Part shown: piece after piece, positions 30,396 through 42,299 of the stretch
How the letters are laid out: every line of letters begins with the position of its first letter
Numbering within the stretch: the first letter of the stretch is position 1
Assembly: GCA_963758635.1 (NCBI GenBank)
Contig: CAVWWD010000008.1
Span: 352,001-416,000 of the forward strand
Reading direction: 5' to 3'
Length of the DNA stretch: 64,000 nt
Source of the DNA: an uncultured Candidatus Rokubacteria bacterium
Lineage (GTDB): Bacteria; Methylomirabilota; Methylomirabilia; Rokubacteriales; CSP1-6
The notes under the pieces: model-generated
Seen by the model: the letters and a program-made list of their open reading frames with translations, nothing else
Databases searched by the model: none
What the model was told of the DNA's origin: nothing
Position numbers and translations under genes: made by a program

Positions 30396-30482
30396 CCGAA
30401 TGACCCTCGCAGAATGCGGTAACCGCGACGGGCCTCTACAGTCCCACCGCTCGGCATTGGTCTGATGCGCGGGGCTCACTAG

Positions 30483-32912
30483 GTGACGGCCCGGCGCGAG
30501 AAGGCGCTCTGCTGGGGGCTGCTCGCCCTCGCGCTCCTGGTCGGGCTGGACGCCGCGCGCGTGCAGTGGGACCGGGTCGGCCGCACTGCCCCGGGGTTCG
30601 CGGTGATGGACCGGCTCCTCGTCGCGGTCGGGGGCCTCGAGCGCGGCGGCCTCGAGCCGTTCGACCTCGTGCGCGCGGTGAACGGCCGGCTCCTGCGCGA
30701 TGGCGCGGAGATCCAGGCCGAGGTCCAGCGCCACCCGCCGGGGACGACCTTCCACTACCTCGTGAGCCGGCGCGGCCGGCTCGTCGAGACCGAGATCCGC
30801 AGCCGGGTCGTCACGGTCAACGACGACTTCCGCCGCTTCGCCCTGGAGGGCCTCGTCCCCGCCGGGCTCTACCTCGCGCTGGGCGCGGTGGTGCTGGCGC
30901 TGAAGCCGGGCGTGCCTGCGACGCGCCTGTTCCTGGCCTTCTGCCTGGCCCAGTTCGCGATTCCCGCGCTCTACGCCGACGCGTTCACGACGTATCGATA
31001 CGTCTGGATCTTCCTCACCGCCTTCTCCTTCCTTCCCGCGCTCCTGCTCCATCTGGCCCTGACGTTTCCCCAGCGCCGGAGCATCGTCCGCCGCCGCCCG
31101 TGGATCGTGTGGGCGCCGTACCTGATCTCCGGCGTGTCCGCCGTCTCGTTCCTGACCCAGCTGCCGTGGCTCCCCGCCGCGTGGGCCTTCGTGGAGCCGG
31201 CGATCGTGGCCGCGACCTGGACGCTCTCGCTGCTGCTCCTCGTCCTCGCCCTGGTGAAGACGAGCGTGCACGGGACGACGGCGCTGATCCGGCAGCGGGC
31301 CCGCGTGCTCGCCGCCGGGTTCGCGGTGGGCCAGCTCGCCCCCGTCGTGGGCACGACCGTCGAGGCGGTGGCGGGCGTGAGCGTGCCGTACCTCAACGAG
31401 ATGTGGCGCCTCAACTTCCTGTTCCCGCTCGCCGTGGCCTACGCGATGGTGCGCTACAACCTGTTCGACCTCCGCGCGGTGATCCGCGTGGGCACTATCT
31501 ACGCGGCCGTCACGGGCATGGTCGTGCTCGTGTACGCCGGCGCCATCGCGTTGACGAACCTCGCCTTCGCCAGCATCGGGCTGGGCATGTCCCATCTCTT
31601 CTCCGCGGTCATCGTGGCGCTCGCGGTGGTGCTGTTCCTCAACCCGGTGTACGCGCGCACCCAGCGGCTCGTCGACCGGCTCTTCTTCCGCCAGCGGCTG
31701 GACATCCAGGCCGCGGTGGAGGCGCTGTCCGACCAGATGACGACGCTGCTCGACCTGCCGCGCATCGTGCGCCTCATCACCGACACCGTGGAGGATCTGT
31801 TCCACCCGTCACGGACCACGCTGCTGCTGATCCACGAGGAGGGGGACGCCGCGTACCGTCCCGCGGCGGGCGACGGCTCGGGGTTGGAGCTGCCCACCGA
31901 CTCCGCGCTCGTCCGGCTCCTCTCCTCCCGGCCGGCGCCGGTGAGCGGTGACCGGCTGGACGAGGACCCCGACCTCGCGGAGTTCCGGCCGGCGGCCCGG
32001 CAGGAGATGGACGGGCTCGGCGCGGCCCTCGCCGTGCCGGTGTCCTTCCGCCAGCGCCTCACCGGCTTCCTCCTCCTCGGGCCGCGGCGCTCCGGGCTGC
32101 CGTACACGAGCGAGGACCAGCGCCTGCTCCGCTTCGTGGCCAACCACAGCGCGGTGGCGCTGCACAACGCGCGCGCGTACACCGCGCTCCAGGCCGCCAA
32201 CACCGAGCTCGCCACCGCGCTCCGGCGCGTGGAGATCCTCGAGTCGATCCGGGCCAACCTGGGGAAGTTCGTGCCGCGCACGGTGCGCGAGCTGATCGAT
32301 CTGGCCCCGGAGGCGCCCGAGCTCGAGAAGCGCGAGGTCGACGTGTCGGTGCTGTTCGTGGACATCGCCGGCTACTCGCGGCTCAGCGAGCGGTTCGAGC
32401 TCGACGCCCTCAACGAGCTCGTCGAGCGCTACTTCGGCGCGTTCCTCGACGAGATCCTGCGAAACGGCGGCGACGTGAACGAGACGGCGGGCGACGGCCT
32501 CATGGTGATCTTCCGCGATCCCGATCCGCGCCGGCACGCCCGCGATGCCGTGCTCACCGCCGCGGGCATCGTGCGCCGGTCTCGCCAGATCAATGCCGAG
32601 CGCTACGAGGACCGCGCGCCCATCGAGCTGCACGTGGGCGTGAACTCCGGCGTGGCCGCGGTGGGCGCGACGAAGATCGAGGGCGTGGCGGGCGCCCGCT
32701 GGACCTACACCGCCTCCGGCCCCGTGACGAACCTGGCCGCGCGGCTCGCCGCGCTCGGCGCGGGCGACACCGTGTTCGTCGGACCCGAGACGCGCCGCCG
32801 CCTCGGCGATGAGCTGCGCCTCGAGGACCTGGGCGAGCGCCGCCTCAAGAACGTGGACGGCGCGGTCCGCGTGTTCGGCCTCGCGGTGGACCCGGCGCCC
32901 GCGGTGGCCTGA
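30483..32912 (+). CDS. membrane class III adenylate/guanylate cyclase (PDZ-like + multi-TM + GAF + cyclase)
   Basis: LFVDIAGYS, AGDGLM, HVGVNSG and GPVTNLAARL. Confidence 0.9.
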   Translation: MTARREKALCWGLLALALLVGLDAARVQWDRVGRTAPGFAVMDRLLVAVGGLERGGLEPFDLVRAVNGRLLRDGAEIQAEVQRHPPGTTFHYLVSRRGRLVETEIRSRVVTVNDDFRRFALEGLVPAGLYLALGAVVLALKPGVPATRLFLAFCLAQFAIPALYADAFTTYRYVWIFLTAFSFLPALLLHLALTFPQRRSIVRRRPWIVWAPYLISGVSAVSFLTQLPWLPAAWAFVEPAIVAATWTLSLLLLVLALVKTSVHGTTALIRQRARVLAAGFAVGQLAPVVGTTVEAVAGVSVPYLNEMWRLNFLFPLAVAYAMVRYNLFDLRAVIRVGTIYAAVTGMVVLVYAGAIALTNLAFASIGLGMSHLFSAVIVALAVVLFLNPVYARTQRLVDRLFFRQRLDIQAAVEALSDQMTTLLDLPRIVRLITDTVEDLFHPSRTTLLLIHEEGDAAYRPAAGDGSGLELPTDSALVRLLSSRPAPVSGDRLDEDPDLAEFRPAARQEMDGLGAALAVPVSFRQRLTGFLLLGPRRSGLPYTSEDQRLLRFVANHSAVALHNARAYTALQAANTELATALRRVEILESIRANLGKFVPRTVRELIDLAPEAPELEKREVDVSVLFVDIAGYSRLSERFELDALNELVERYFGAFLDEILRNGGDVNETAGDGLMVIFRDPDPRRHARDAVLTAAGIVRRSRQINAERYEDRAPIELHVGVNSGVAAVGATKIEGVAGARWTYTASGPVTNLAARLAALGAGDTVFVGPETRRRLGDELRLEDLGERRLKNVDGAVRVFGLAVDPAPAVA

Positions 32913-32920
32913 GGCGCGGC

Positions 32921-32963
32921 GTCTGCGAACACACGTCGGGCGGGCCTCGCCATTCATTCACGA
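32921..32963 (+). repeat. repeat family 3, partial (3' half)
   Basis: tctgcgaacacacgt...ctcgccattcattcacg; the last 17 nt are identical to the minus-strand copy at 59.9 kb. Confidence 0.65.
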
Positions 32964-32979
32964 ACCCAGGAGGGACGAG

Positions 32980-33884
32980 ATGACGCGGATCGGATTCATC
33001 GGTGTGGGAACCATGGGATTGCCCATGGCGAAGAACCTCGTGAAGAAGGGCTTCACGGTGAGCGCCTTCGACATGAACCCGGCCGCGGTGCAGGCGGCGG
33101 TTGCCGCGGGAATGACCGGGACCGCGTCCGCGGCCGAGGTCGTGGCCACGGCCGACGTGGTCGTGACGATGCTGCCGTCGTCGCCCAACGTGGAGTCGGC
33201 GTACACGGGGGACGGCGGGGTCCTGGCCGCGGCGCGGAAGGGCACGCTCTGCGTGGACATGTCCACCATCGATCCCGGGGTCTCGCGGCGCGTTGGCGCT
33301 GCCGCCGTCGAGCGCGGGCTGCGCTTCGTCGACGCCCCGGTGTCCGGCGGCGTCCCGCGAGCCATCGACGGGACGCTCGCCATCATGGTCGGCGGCTCCG
33401 AGGCCGACTTCGCGGCGGCGCGCCCCGTGCTCGAGGCGATGGGAGCCAACATCTTCCACGTGGGGCCGGTGGGCAGCGGCGAGGTCGTGAAGCTCTGCAA
33501 CAACCTGATCGCGGGAGTCTCGGCGGTGGCGGTGAGCGAGGCGTTCCGGCTCGCCGAGGCGTTCGGCGTCGATCCGCGCACGGCCACCGACGTGATCGCC
33601 AAGTCCTCGGGCAACACGTGGGTGATGGAGGCGGCCCATCCCGTCCCCGGGCTCGTGCCGCGCGCGGCCTCGAGCCAGGGCTACGCGCCGGGCTTCATGA
33701 CGGACTCATGTGCAAGGACGTGGGGCTCGCCGTGGACGCCGCGCGCGCCCATCGGATCCCGATGTTCGTGGCGCCGGCGGCGCAGCAGGTCTACCGGCTC
33801 GCGTCCTCGCACGGCCTGGGCCGCCAGGACTTCACGAGCGTCTACACGTTCCTGAAGCCGTCGTCCGACCAGGCCCCCGTGTAG
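32980..33884 (+). CDS. mmsB: 3-hydroxyisobutyrate dehydrogenase; indel near 33705
   Basis: GFIGVGTMG, DAPVSGG, KLCNN, SSG..W, PVPG and DFTSVY. Confidence 0.85.
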
Positions 33885-34080
33885 AGAGGCGACGCCCCGG
33901 GCCCTCCCGCGACGCGCCGCGGGGCGAATGCTCAGTGCGCGGACCGAAGCGCCGTTCCCGGCTGCCCTTGGCGGCAGAGGTGCAGGGGCGAGGGGCGGCC
34001 GAGCAAGCACCCGGACGGTCTCGCCGCCGAGGCTGCGTGCCACCGACCCTCACCCCAGCGCTCGCCCTCGAGAGGGCCGA

Positions 34081-34176
34081 GGGAGCGGGCGGGCGCAGCC
34101 CGGGCGCCCGCGCCCCGTCGTGCGCTGCGCGAAGTGGCCGCAGGGTGCGGGCGGGCGCAGCCCGGGCGCCCGCACC
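34081..34176 (+). repeat. repeat family 2, two tandem copies
   Basis: gcgggcgggcgcagcccgggcgcccgc twice, 62 bp apart. Confidence 0.9.
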
Positions 34177-34273
34177 ATGGTGATACACTTCGGGGCAGAG
34201 TCGTCGTCAGGTTCCCTTCATCGGCGCCCATGCCGCATCCCCGCGAACCCCACGCCCGGACGAGAGGATTCCC

Positions 34274-37200
34274 GTGAGCCGACGGCTCAAGATCCTGCTC
34301 GCCGTCTTCGTCGTCGCGGTCGCGACGGTGACGGTGGCAGGGCGCCGTGTCGGTCTGGCTCCTGCCCGACATCATCCGGCGCGAGGCGATGACCCGCATT
34401 CCCGCCCTGACCGGCCGCGCCGTCCGCATCGAGGACGTGGACCTGAACCTGTTCACCGGGCGCTTCGCGGTGAAGGGGATCTGGGTCGCCGAGCGCGACG
34501 GGCGCACCCCCTTCGTGGAGCTGTCGCGCGTGGAGGGCCGCGTGTGGCTCCCGTCGCTCCTCGCCATGGACGTCCGGCTGCTCGATCTGCGCCTCGTGGG
34601 CCTCTCCGCGCGGGTGGCGCGCACGGGCGAGCAGGAGTTCAACTTCTCCGACCTCATGGACCTCATCCTGAAGGCGGACCCCGCCGCGAAGCCGACGCGC
34701 TGGACCTTCACGCTCGACCAGGTCGCCCTCGAGCAGGGGCGGGTCCACGCCGAGGATCGCTTCGTCTCTCCCGCCGCGAGCTGGTCGATCGATCGGCTGG
34801 AGGCGAACGCGACGGGCATCACCAAGCGCAGTGGCGCGCCGCCCGGGCGGCTCACCGTGCGGCTCAAGCTCGGCGAGCTGGAGGTGGACGCCGCCGCGGA
34901 CGACGTGCGGCTCGCGCCGGTGATCCTCGCCGCGAAGGTCACGGTGAAGGGGCTGGACCTGGCGCGGCTCGTGCCCTACGTGCCGCCCGGCACCCCGGTC
35001 GTGGCCGAGTCCGGCGCGCTCGCCGTCTCGCTGTCGCTGGGCTGGAAGCGCGAGCCCGGCCGCGTCGACGTCGCGGTGGTGCGCGGCGACGTGAACCTGA
35101 GCGCGCTCGCCCTCACCCAGCCGGGGCGGACCGCGCCGTTCGCGACGATCCCGCGCATGAGCGTCCGGATCAAGGAGGCCGACGCCATCAGCCGGCGCGT
35201 CGTCATCGAGCGCGTCCTGATCGAGGGGCTCGAGGTCCGCGCTGTCCGTGACGACGCCGGCCAGGTCGATCTCCTCGGGCCGTTCGCGGTGAAGCGGGAG
35301 GCGCCCGGCCCGCCCGATCCCGCGGCGGTGCCGGTGCCCGCGGCGCGCCCCGCCCCGGAGCGCCCGTGGCACGTGCGCGTGGAGCAGGTCGCCGTCACCT
35401 CGGCCACGGCGGTCTTCACCGACGGGATGGCCTCGCCCGCCGTGGACTGGCGGGTCGCGGGCGTGAGCTTCGAGGCGGCGGGCCTGGACACGGACACGCA
35501 GGCCACGCCGGGAACGATGCGGCTCGACGCCGAGCTCACCGCATCGAGCGCGCCCGCCGATGCGTGCGGCCGTCAGCGTGACCGCGACGGCCCTCCGCGT
35601 CCAGCCGACGAGCGCGTCGTTCAAGGCCACGATCAAGGGCTTCGACGAGGAGAGCACGGTGCCCTACGTGCCCGTGGGGACGCCGATCAGCGTGATCGCC
35701 GGCATCTTCGACGCCGAGGCGGACATCGACCTCCACCCGCACGTGCCGGCGGCGGCGCCCCCGCCTGGTGCGCCTCCCGCGCCCGCCCTGGTCGTCGACG
35801 TGCCACGCTTCACGCTGTCCTCCGAATCCCTGACGCTGGCCGACCACACGCTGTCGCCACCGCACGAGTGGGAGCTCCGCGGCGTGCAGATCAGCGGCGG
35901 CGGCCTGTCCACCTCGCCCGACGATCCGCCGGCCAAGCGTGACGGTGCGCGCGCGCGTCGGCCCGCCGGGAGTGGCCGACCCCGCGCGGCTCCACGTGCA
36001 GGCCGACGCGCTGCGCGTGTTCCGCCGGGCGAGCCGCGTGCGGGTCAACGTCACCGACTTCAAGCTCGCCTGGCTGGAGGAGTACGTGCCGCCCGCCGTG
36101 CGCGCCGTGCCGAGCACGGGGCTCCTCGCGGCCGACGTGGAGGCGCGGCTCGGTCGCAACCGCTCCGGTGTGACGCGCGCCCGGGCCGGGGGCACGGCGA
36201 CCCTCACCGGCGTCGGCGTGGTCCGGCGGGGCGAGTCGGTCCCGTTCCTGACCGCGCCGAAGATCACCGTCGCCCTGCGACGGGCCGACCTGGTCGCGCG
36301 CACGATCGATCTCACCAGCGCCGCCGTCGAAGGCTTCAGAGTGCGCGTGCTGCGGGGAGCCGACGGGCGAACCGACATCCTGGACCTTCGGCCCTCGCCC
36401 GAGCCACCGCCCGCGGCCGCGGCAACGTCGGGCGTGGCCGCGGCCCCCGGCGCCCTGCCGCTGCCGTGGACCATCAACGCGGACCGGCTCAGCGTGACGA
36501 GAGGCCGGGCGGAGTTCGTGGATGAGACCGTCTCGCCGCCGGTCACGCTCAACGTGCGCGACATCGAGGTGCTCGGGCAGCAGGTCACGTGGCCCGGGAC
36601 CAAGCCCGCCACGATCACCGTGGGCGTCGGCATGCCGGGCGGGGGCCGCACGGACGTGCGGCTGACCGGCACCCTCGAGCCGCTCGACGTGCAGCTCCGG
36701 ACGACCACGCGCGACGCGGAGATCACGCCCTACGCCTCGTATTTCCCGTTCCCGGCGAGCTTTCGCGGGCGCTTCAACGGCGACAGCCTGAGCGAGGTCA
36801 AGAAGGAGGGTGACGAGTACCGGGCCGCGTCCCGCGGCACGGGGTGGGCCACCGACCTCGAGGTCGTGGACCCGGAGTCGCCCACGCCGCCGGCGCGCGT
36901 GGAGCGCATGGAGATCCGCGGCATCGACTTCTCCTGGCCCAACTACGCCCTGGTCGACAAGATAGTGTTCGTGCGGCCGGAGGCGCGCGTCGAGCGCGCG
37001 CGCGATGGAACGATCAATCTCCGGCGCTTGTTCACGCCGCGAAAGCGCGAGGACGCCGCCGAGGCCCCGGCCCCCGCCGTGCCGCCGGCGCCGAAGGAGA
37101 GCGAGCCGGCCTCGGCCGAGGCGCCGCCCAAGCCCCCGCTCATCCAGACGATCGTGCTCGACTTCTCGGAGATCGCGATCGAGGACGGCCACCTCGCCTT

Positions 37201-38310
37201 TCACGACCAGACGACGACGCCGGCCTTCTCGGAGGAGATCTCGAAGCTCGCCCTGACCGTGAAGGGCCTGTCCAACGTGTTCGGGCGCCAGCAGACGACC
37301 CTCGTGGCCACCGCCGCGGTGGGCGGCGACGCCGCGCTGGACCTGCGCGGCGAGGTGTCGGGGATCGGCGAGACGTTGCGCGCCGACCTCGTGGGCGAGA
37401 TCCGTGGCTTCGACCTCACGAGCGCCAACCCGTACTCGGACGGGCTCACGTCGTGGGTAGTCCAGCACGGCACGCTCGACGCCAAGGTTCATTACCGGAT
37501 CGAGGGGGACCGCATCACCGCCGAGCACGACGTGAACTTCGGCGGGCTCCGGGTGGCGAAGGGGCCCGGCGAGGACGAGGCAAAGAAGCGCCTCGGGCTC
37601 CCCCTCGGGCTCATCGTCGGCCTCATGAAAGACACCCAGGGCAACATCGACTTCAACCTGCCCATCACGGGCTCGCTGGCCGATCGCAGCTTCGACTGGA
37701 ACAGCGCGATCTGGGCGGGCGCCAAGCAGGCGATCCTGAAGGCGCTGGCCGGACCCTTCCGGGCCATCGGCCGTCTGTTCACGGGCGGCGGGGGCGGGGG
37801 GGAACCGAAGGTCGAGTCGATCGACATCAACCCCGTCACGTTCGCGCCGGGGAGCGCGGTGATCGCTCCCTCCGAGGAGCGGCACCTGTCCCAGGTCGCC
37901 GAGTTCCTCCGGAAATCCCCGTTCGTCACGCTGTCGGCCACCGCGATCGCCACCGGGCCGGATCTGGAGAGCTTGCGGACCCAGGCGCTCACCGCGCGCA
38001 TCGTGAAGCTCCAGGAGGACCGGAAGCTCGCCGACTTCCCCGCCGCCGTGCAGGCGTACTACCGCGCGCTCCGCATCCCGGGCAAGCGGCCCCCACCGCG
38101 GAGGAGCAGCTCGCCGCGCTCCGCGCGCGCGAGCCCGCGCCCGATCCCGCGGTGATCCGTGATCTCCTCGATCGGCGCGCGGCGGCGACCACCGGCGCCC
38201 TGACCCGGCTCGAGGGCATCGCGGCGGAACGGATCCGCCGCGCCGAGCCGCGCTCGATCCTCACCGAGGCCGGCCCGGGCCGCGTGGAGTTCTCCCTCGG
38301 TGAGCAGTGA
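34274..38310 (+). CDS. large DUF748/AsmA-like envelope protein; at least 4 indels
   Basis: N-terminal anchor, repeated beta-rich modules, NFSDL and LGLPLGL...KD..GNIDFNLPITG. Confidence 0.8.
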
Positions 38311-38319
38311 CGTGGGCTT

Positions 38320-38328
38320 TGCTATACT
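38320..38328 (+). promoter_or_regulatory. extended -10 promoter of the AOR operon
   Basis: TG-C-TATACT ~48 nt before the ATG; RBS gaggagg downstream. Confidence 0.55.
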
Positions 38329-38376
38329 CCGGTCGCCGCTTCATTCCCATCACCGAGGAGGCACGCCGCGGGCGCC

Positions 38377-38847
38377 ATGAAAGTCCTCGCACTCTACCCC
38401 GAGAAGTGCACCGGCTGCCTCCGGTGCGAGCTGGCGTGCTCGTACGTGCAGACAGGGACGTACCAGCCGTCCAAGTCAGTGATCCGCGTCTCGCCCTTCG
38501 AGGGCCACACGTCCTACGCCCCGTACACGTGCACCCAGTGCGCCGAGGGGTGGTGCATGACGGCGTGTCCGGTGGGGGCCATCCAGATCAACGCCGCCGG
38601 CGCCAAGGACGTGCTCGACGATCGCTGCGTGGGGTGCAAGCTCTGCACGATCGCCTGCCCGTACGGGACGATGTTCTACGACGCCGACACCCAGAAGGCG
38701 TTCAAGTGCAACCTGTGCGGCGGCGCGCCTGCGTGCGCCGACGCGTGCCCGACGCAGGCCATCGTGTACCACGACGCGGAGACCATCGACTGGCTGGGGG
38801 ACTTCGCGAGCGAGCGGACGGTGCGCGTCCTCCAGGAGGCGCGCTGA
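38377..38847 (+). CDS. 4Fe-4S polyferredoxin subunit (AorA-like)
   Basis: Four Cys clusters: CxxCxxCxxxC, CxxC...CxxxCP, CxxCxxCxxxCP and CxxC...CxxxCP. Confidence 0.92.
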   Translation: MKVLALYPEKCTGCLRCELACSYVQTGTYQPSKSVIRVSPFEGHTSYAPYTCTQCAEGWCMTACPVGAIQINAAGAKDVLDDRCVGCKLCTIACPYGTMFYDADTQKAFKCNLCGGAPACADACPTQAIVYHDAETIDWLGDFASERTVRVLQEAR

Positions 38848-40191
38848 TGCCGCGCCGGCACCTCGTCATCGGGGGTGGCACCGCCGGCCTGAACGCGATC
38901 CGCACGATCCGCGAGGAGGACGGCGGCGAGTCCGAGATCACCCTCGTCTCCGCCGAGCGTCCCTACTCCCGGATGGTCCTGCCGTACTACCTGGGCAACA
39001 CCATCGCCGAGTCCCACGTGTTCACGGCGACGCCCGCCTCGCTGGCCGCATGGAAGGTGAAGAGCCTGGTGGGACGCAAGGCCGCCTCGCTCGACACCGC
39101 GAAGAACACGCTGACGCTCGACGATGGCGGCACGGTGGAGTACGACGACTGCCTGATCGCCACCGGCTCGCGGGCGGCGAAGGCGCCGATCCCGGGAGCG
39201 GACGGCCCCGGCATCCACTGCTTCTGGACGATCGACGAGGCCCGCGCGGTCGTCGCATCCGTGAAGCCGGGCACGCGGGTGGTCATGGTGGGGGCCGGCT
39301 TCATCGCCTTCACGATCCTGAACGCGATCCTCGCCCGCGGGGCCGCGCTCACCATCGTCGAGGTGGCGCCGCGGATCCTGCCCCGCATGGTCGACGCGGA
39401 GTGCGCGGCCATCGTGGAGTCCTGGCTCACCCGGCACGGCGTGGCCATCCGCGCGGGCGCCACGGTGACCGGGATCGAGGAGGACCGAGGCCGGCGCCGG
39501 CTCCGGTTCCAGAAGGGCGATCCGCTGGCCGCGGACATCGTCATCATGGCCACCGGCATCCGCACCAACCTCGAATGGCTCCAGGGATCGGGCATCGAGA
39601 CCGTGGACGGCGGGCAGGGAGGCATCCTGGTCGACGACCACCTGCGCAGCAACGTGCGGAACGTGTACGCGGCGGGCGACGTGGCGCGCGGCCGGAACCT
39701 GGTCACCGGCGCCGCGGAGGTGCACGCCATCGAGCCGACGGCGCAGGAGCACGGGCGCGTGGTCGGCGCGAACATGGCGGGCCGTGACGTCGCCTACCGC
39801 GGCAGCCTCATCATGAACATCGTGGAGGTCTGCCACCTCGACGTGGCGTCGTTCGGCCAGTGGGAGGACGCCTCCGCCGACGTGTACACGCGCGGTGCGC
39901 CGCGACCGGAGCGCCTACCGGAAGCTCCTCTTCCACGGGGGGCGGCTCACGGGCGCCATGATCGCGGGCCAGGCCGGCGACGTGTGGACCACCAACGACG
40001 TCGGCATGCTGAAGGGCCTCGTCCAGTCGGGTACCGACCTCTCCGCCTGGAAGGGCCATCTGGCCGCGAACCCGTTCGACGTGAAGCCGGCGTTCATCGC
40101 CACGCGCACCACGGCGCGGCTCCTGCCGGACACCGTGCTCGGCCGGCCCTCGAACTCACCACAGCTTCCCCACACGGTCGCGATGCGATGA
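38847..40191 (+). CDS. FAD/NAD(P)-dependent oxidoreductase (AorC-like); indel near 39890
   Basis: IGGGTAG, IATGS, VGAGFI and YAAGD. Confidence 0.9.
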
Positions 40192-40228
40192 GCATCGTCG
40201 TCGCGACACCGTCCTGGAGGCGATGCGA

Positions 40229-42230
40229 ATGAGCCCGACCGCGACCGCGAAGCGCCCCGCATCGAAGACGGCCCGCCCGGCGCCGGCAGCCACGAGGCCC
40301 GCCGGCGCCTCCGCGAAGCTCCCCGGTGGCTACACGGGGCGGCTGCTCCGGGTGAACATGACCACCGGCACGTGCTGGGTGGAGCCGTGGAGCCCCGACG
40401 ACATGCGCGAGTACCTGGGCGGGGTCGGGCTCGGCGCCAGGATCCTCTACGAGGAGGTGGGCCCGAAGGCGAGCTGGGATCACCCCGACAACCGTCTCGT
40501 GCTGGCCACCGGGCCGCTGGCCGGGCTGCCGGTGTGGGGCACAGGCGGCCTCACCGTGATCACGCGCGGCGCCCTCACCAACGGCGCCACCTCCACGCAG
40601 GCCAACGGCTTCTTCGGCGCCGCGCTGAAGTACTCCGGATACGACGCGATCATCGTCCAGGGGCAGGCGAAGACCCTGTCCTACCTCTACATCAACGACG
40701 ACGTGATCGAGGTGCGCGACGCCGCGCACCTGGCCGGCAAGGACACCTGGGAGACGCAGCAGGCGCTCGAGGTCGAGCACGGGCTCTCCGGCCACCGGCT
40801 CTCCGTGTACTGCATCGGCCCCGCGGGCGAGAACGTCGTGCGGTTCGCGGCCATCCACGGCGACTACGGGCACGTGGCGTCGAAGAACGGCTGCGGCGCC
40901 GTCATGGGCAAGAAGAAGCTCAAGGCGGTGTGCATCGTGCGGGGCACCAAGGCGCTCGTGGTCCACGATCCCCGCGGCGTGGTGCAGGCCGCGGACGACA
41001 TCGCCCACGACCTGAAGACCGATCCCTCAACGTCCACGCTCTACCGCCTGGGAACGCTGCCCGGCGTGTTCAACCTCTCCAGGCTGGGCGTGCTGCCGAT
41101 CAAGAACTACACGACCAACCTCACCGGCATGGACATGGCGGACTGGGAAGGCCCGAAGCTCCGCGAGGGCTTCGACCACCGCGGGCACCAGTGCAACGCC
41201 TGCGGCATGATGCACTGCCACATCCAGGTCATCGGCAAGGGGCCGAAGAAGGGCGAGCTGGTCGACGAGCCCGAGTACGAGGGCTGGTCGGGCGCGGGCT
41301 GGACGTGCGGCATCACCGACAAGGAGGCGATCACCTGGCTCAACACGCGCATCGACCGGGCGTGCGTGGACGTGAACGAGTTCGGCTGGGTGTGCGGCTG
41401 GGTGATGGAGTGCATGGAGAAGGGCTACCTCACCGAGGAGCAGGTGGGGTTCCGCATCGGCTTCGGTGACTGGGAGGGCGCCTACCGGCTGCTGCAGATG
41501 ATCAGCCACCGGGAGGGCTTCGGCGACATCCTCGCCGAGGGCGTCAAGCGCGCCTCGGAGCGCATCGGCGGTCCCGCCGCGGACTGCGCGATCTACACGA
41601 GGAAGGGCGCGAGCCCGCGCGGCCACGATCACCGCGGCCGCTGGGAGGAGATGCTCGATACCTGCACGTCGTCCAACGGGACGATGGAGAGCGCCAACCC
41701 GACGCATCAGACCGAGGTCGGCGCGCCGGCCCGCATCAACCCCTTCGACGGCGAGCAGGTGGCGCGGCTGGTGGGCATGATCCAGGGGCGGCGCCACTTC
41801 GAGGACTCCCTGGGCGGCTGCTCGTTCACCTTCCGGTCGCGGATGGAGATGCTGGCGCGCGCGCTCTCGGCGGCCACGGGCTGGACCTACGGGCTCGCCG
41901 ACGCCGTCCGGCTCGGCAAGCGCACGAGCGCCATCCTGCGCGCGTTCAACCTCCGCTGCGGGATCGGCACCGAACGTCGAGTACCCGTCGAAGCGCTACG
42001 GCTCCCAGCCGGTCGACGGCCCGGCCAAGGACCACAACGTCATGGACCAGTGGGAGCGCATGCTCAACGTCTGGTACGAGACGGTGAGCTACGACCGGAA
42101 GACCGGCAAGCCGAAGAAAGAGCTGCTCCAGTCCCTGGGCCTGCCACACCTCGTGAAGGATCTCTATGGTGCAGGGCCTGCAGGGCGAGGTGAGCCAAAG
42201 GCGAGCCGAGCGAAAGCAAAAAAGAAGTAG
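40229..42230 (+). CDS. aldehyde:ferredoxin oxidoreductase family tungstoenzyme; indel near 41975
   Basis: GYTGRLLRVN, LGGVGLG, IGPAGEN, GAVMGKKKLKA, CxxCxxxC and EPEYE. Confidence 0.92.
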
Positions 42231-42240
42231 AAACCACCGG
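42174..42240 (+). repeat. repeat family 1, degenerate copy forming the AOR C-terminus and stop
   Basis: gcgaggtgagccaaaggcgagccgagcg, then a core that aligns without gaps, with tgg changed to tag. Confidence 0.8.
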
Positions 42241-42299
42241 CGACCCTCGAGAACCAAAGTGATCGTCGAAGCCATCGACACCAGCCGACGCAGGGCGCC

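Noticed and set aside
30396..30482. Possible ncRNA or fourth repeat (gcggtaaccgc hairpin)
   Set aside because: Single occurrence in the window with no recognisable family.
38311..38376. Moco/tungsten riboswitch before the AOR operon
   Set aside because: The leader is only ~45 nt after the -10 element, too short, and shows no recognisable motif.
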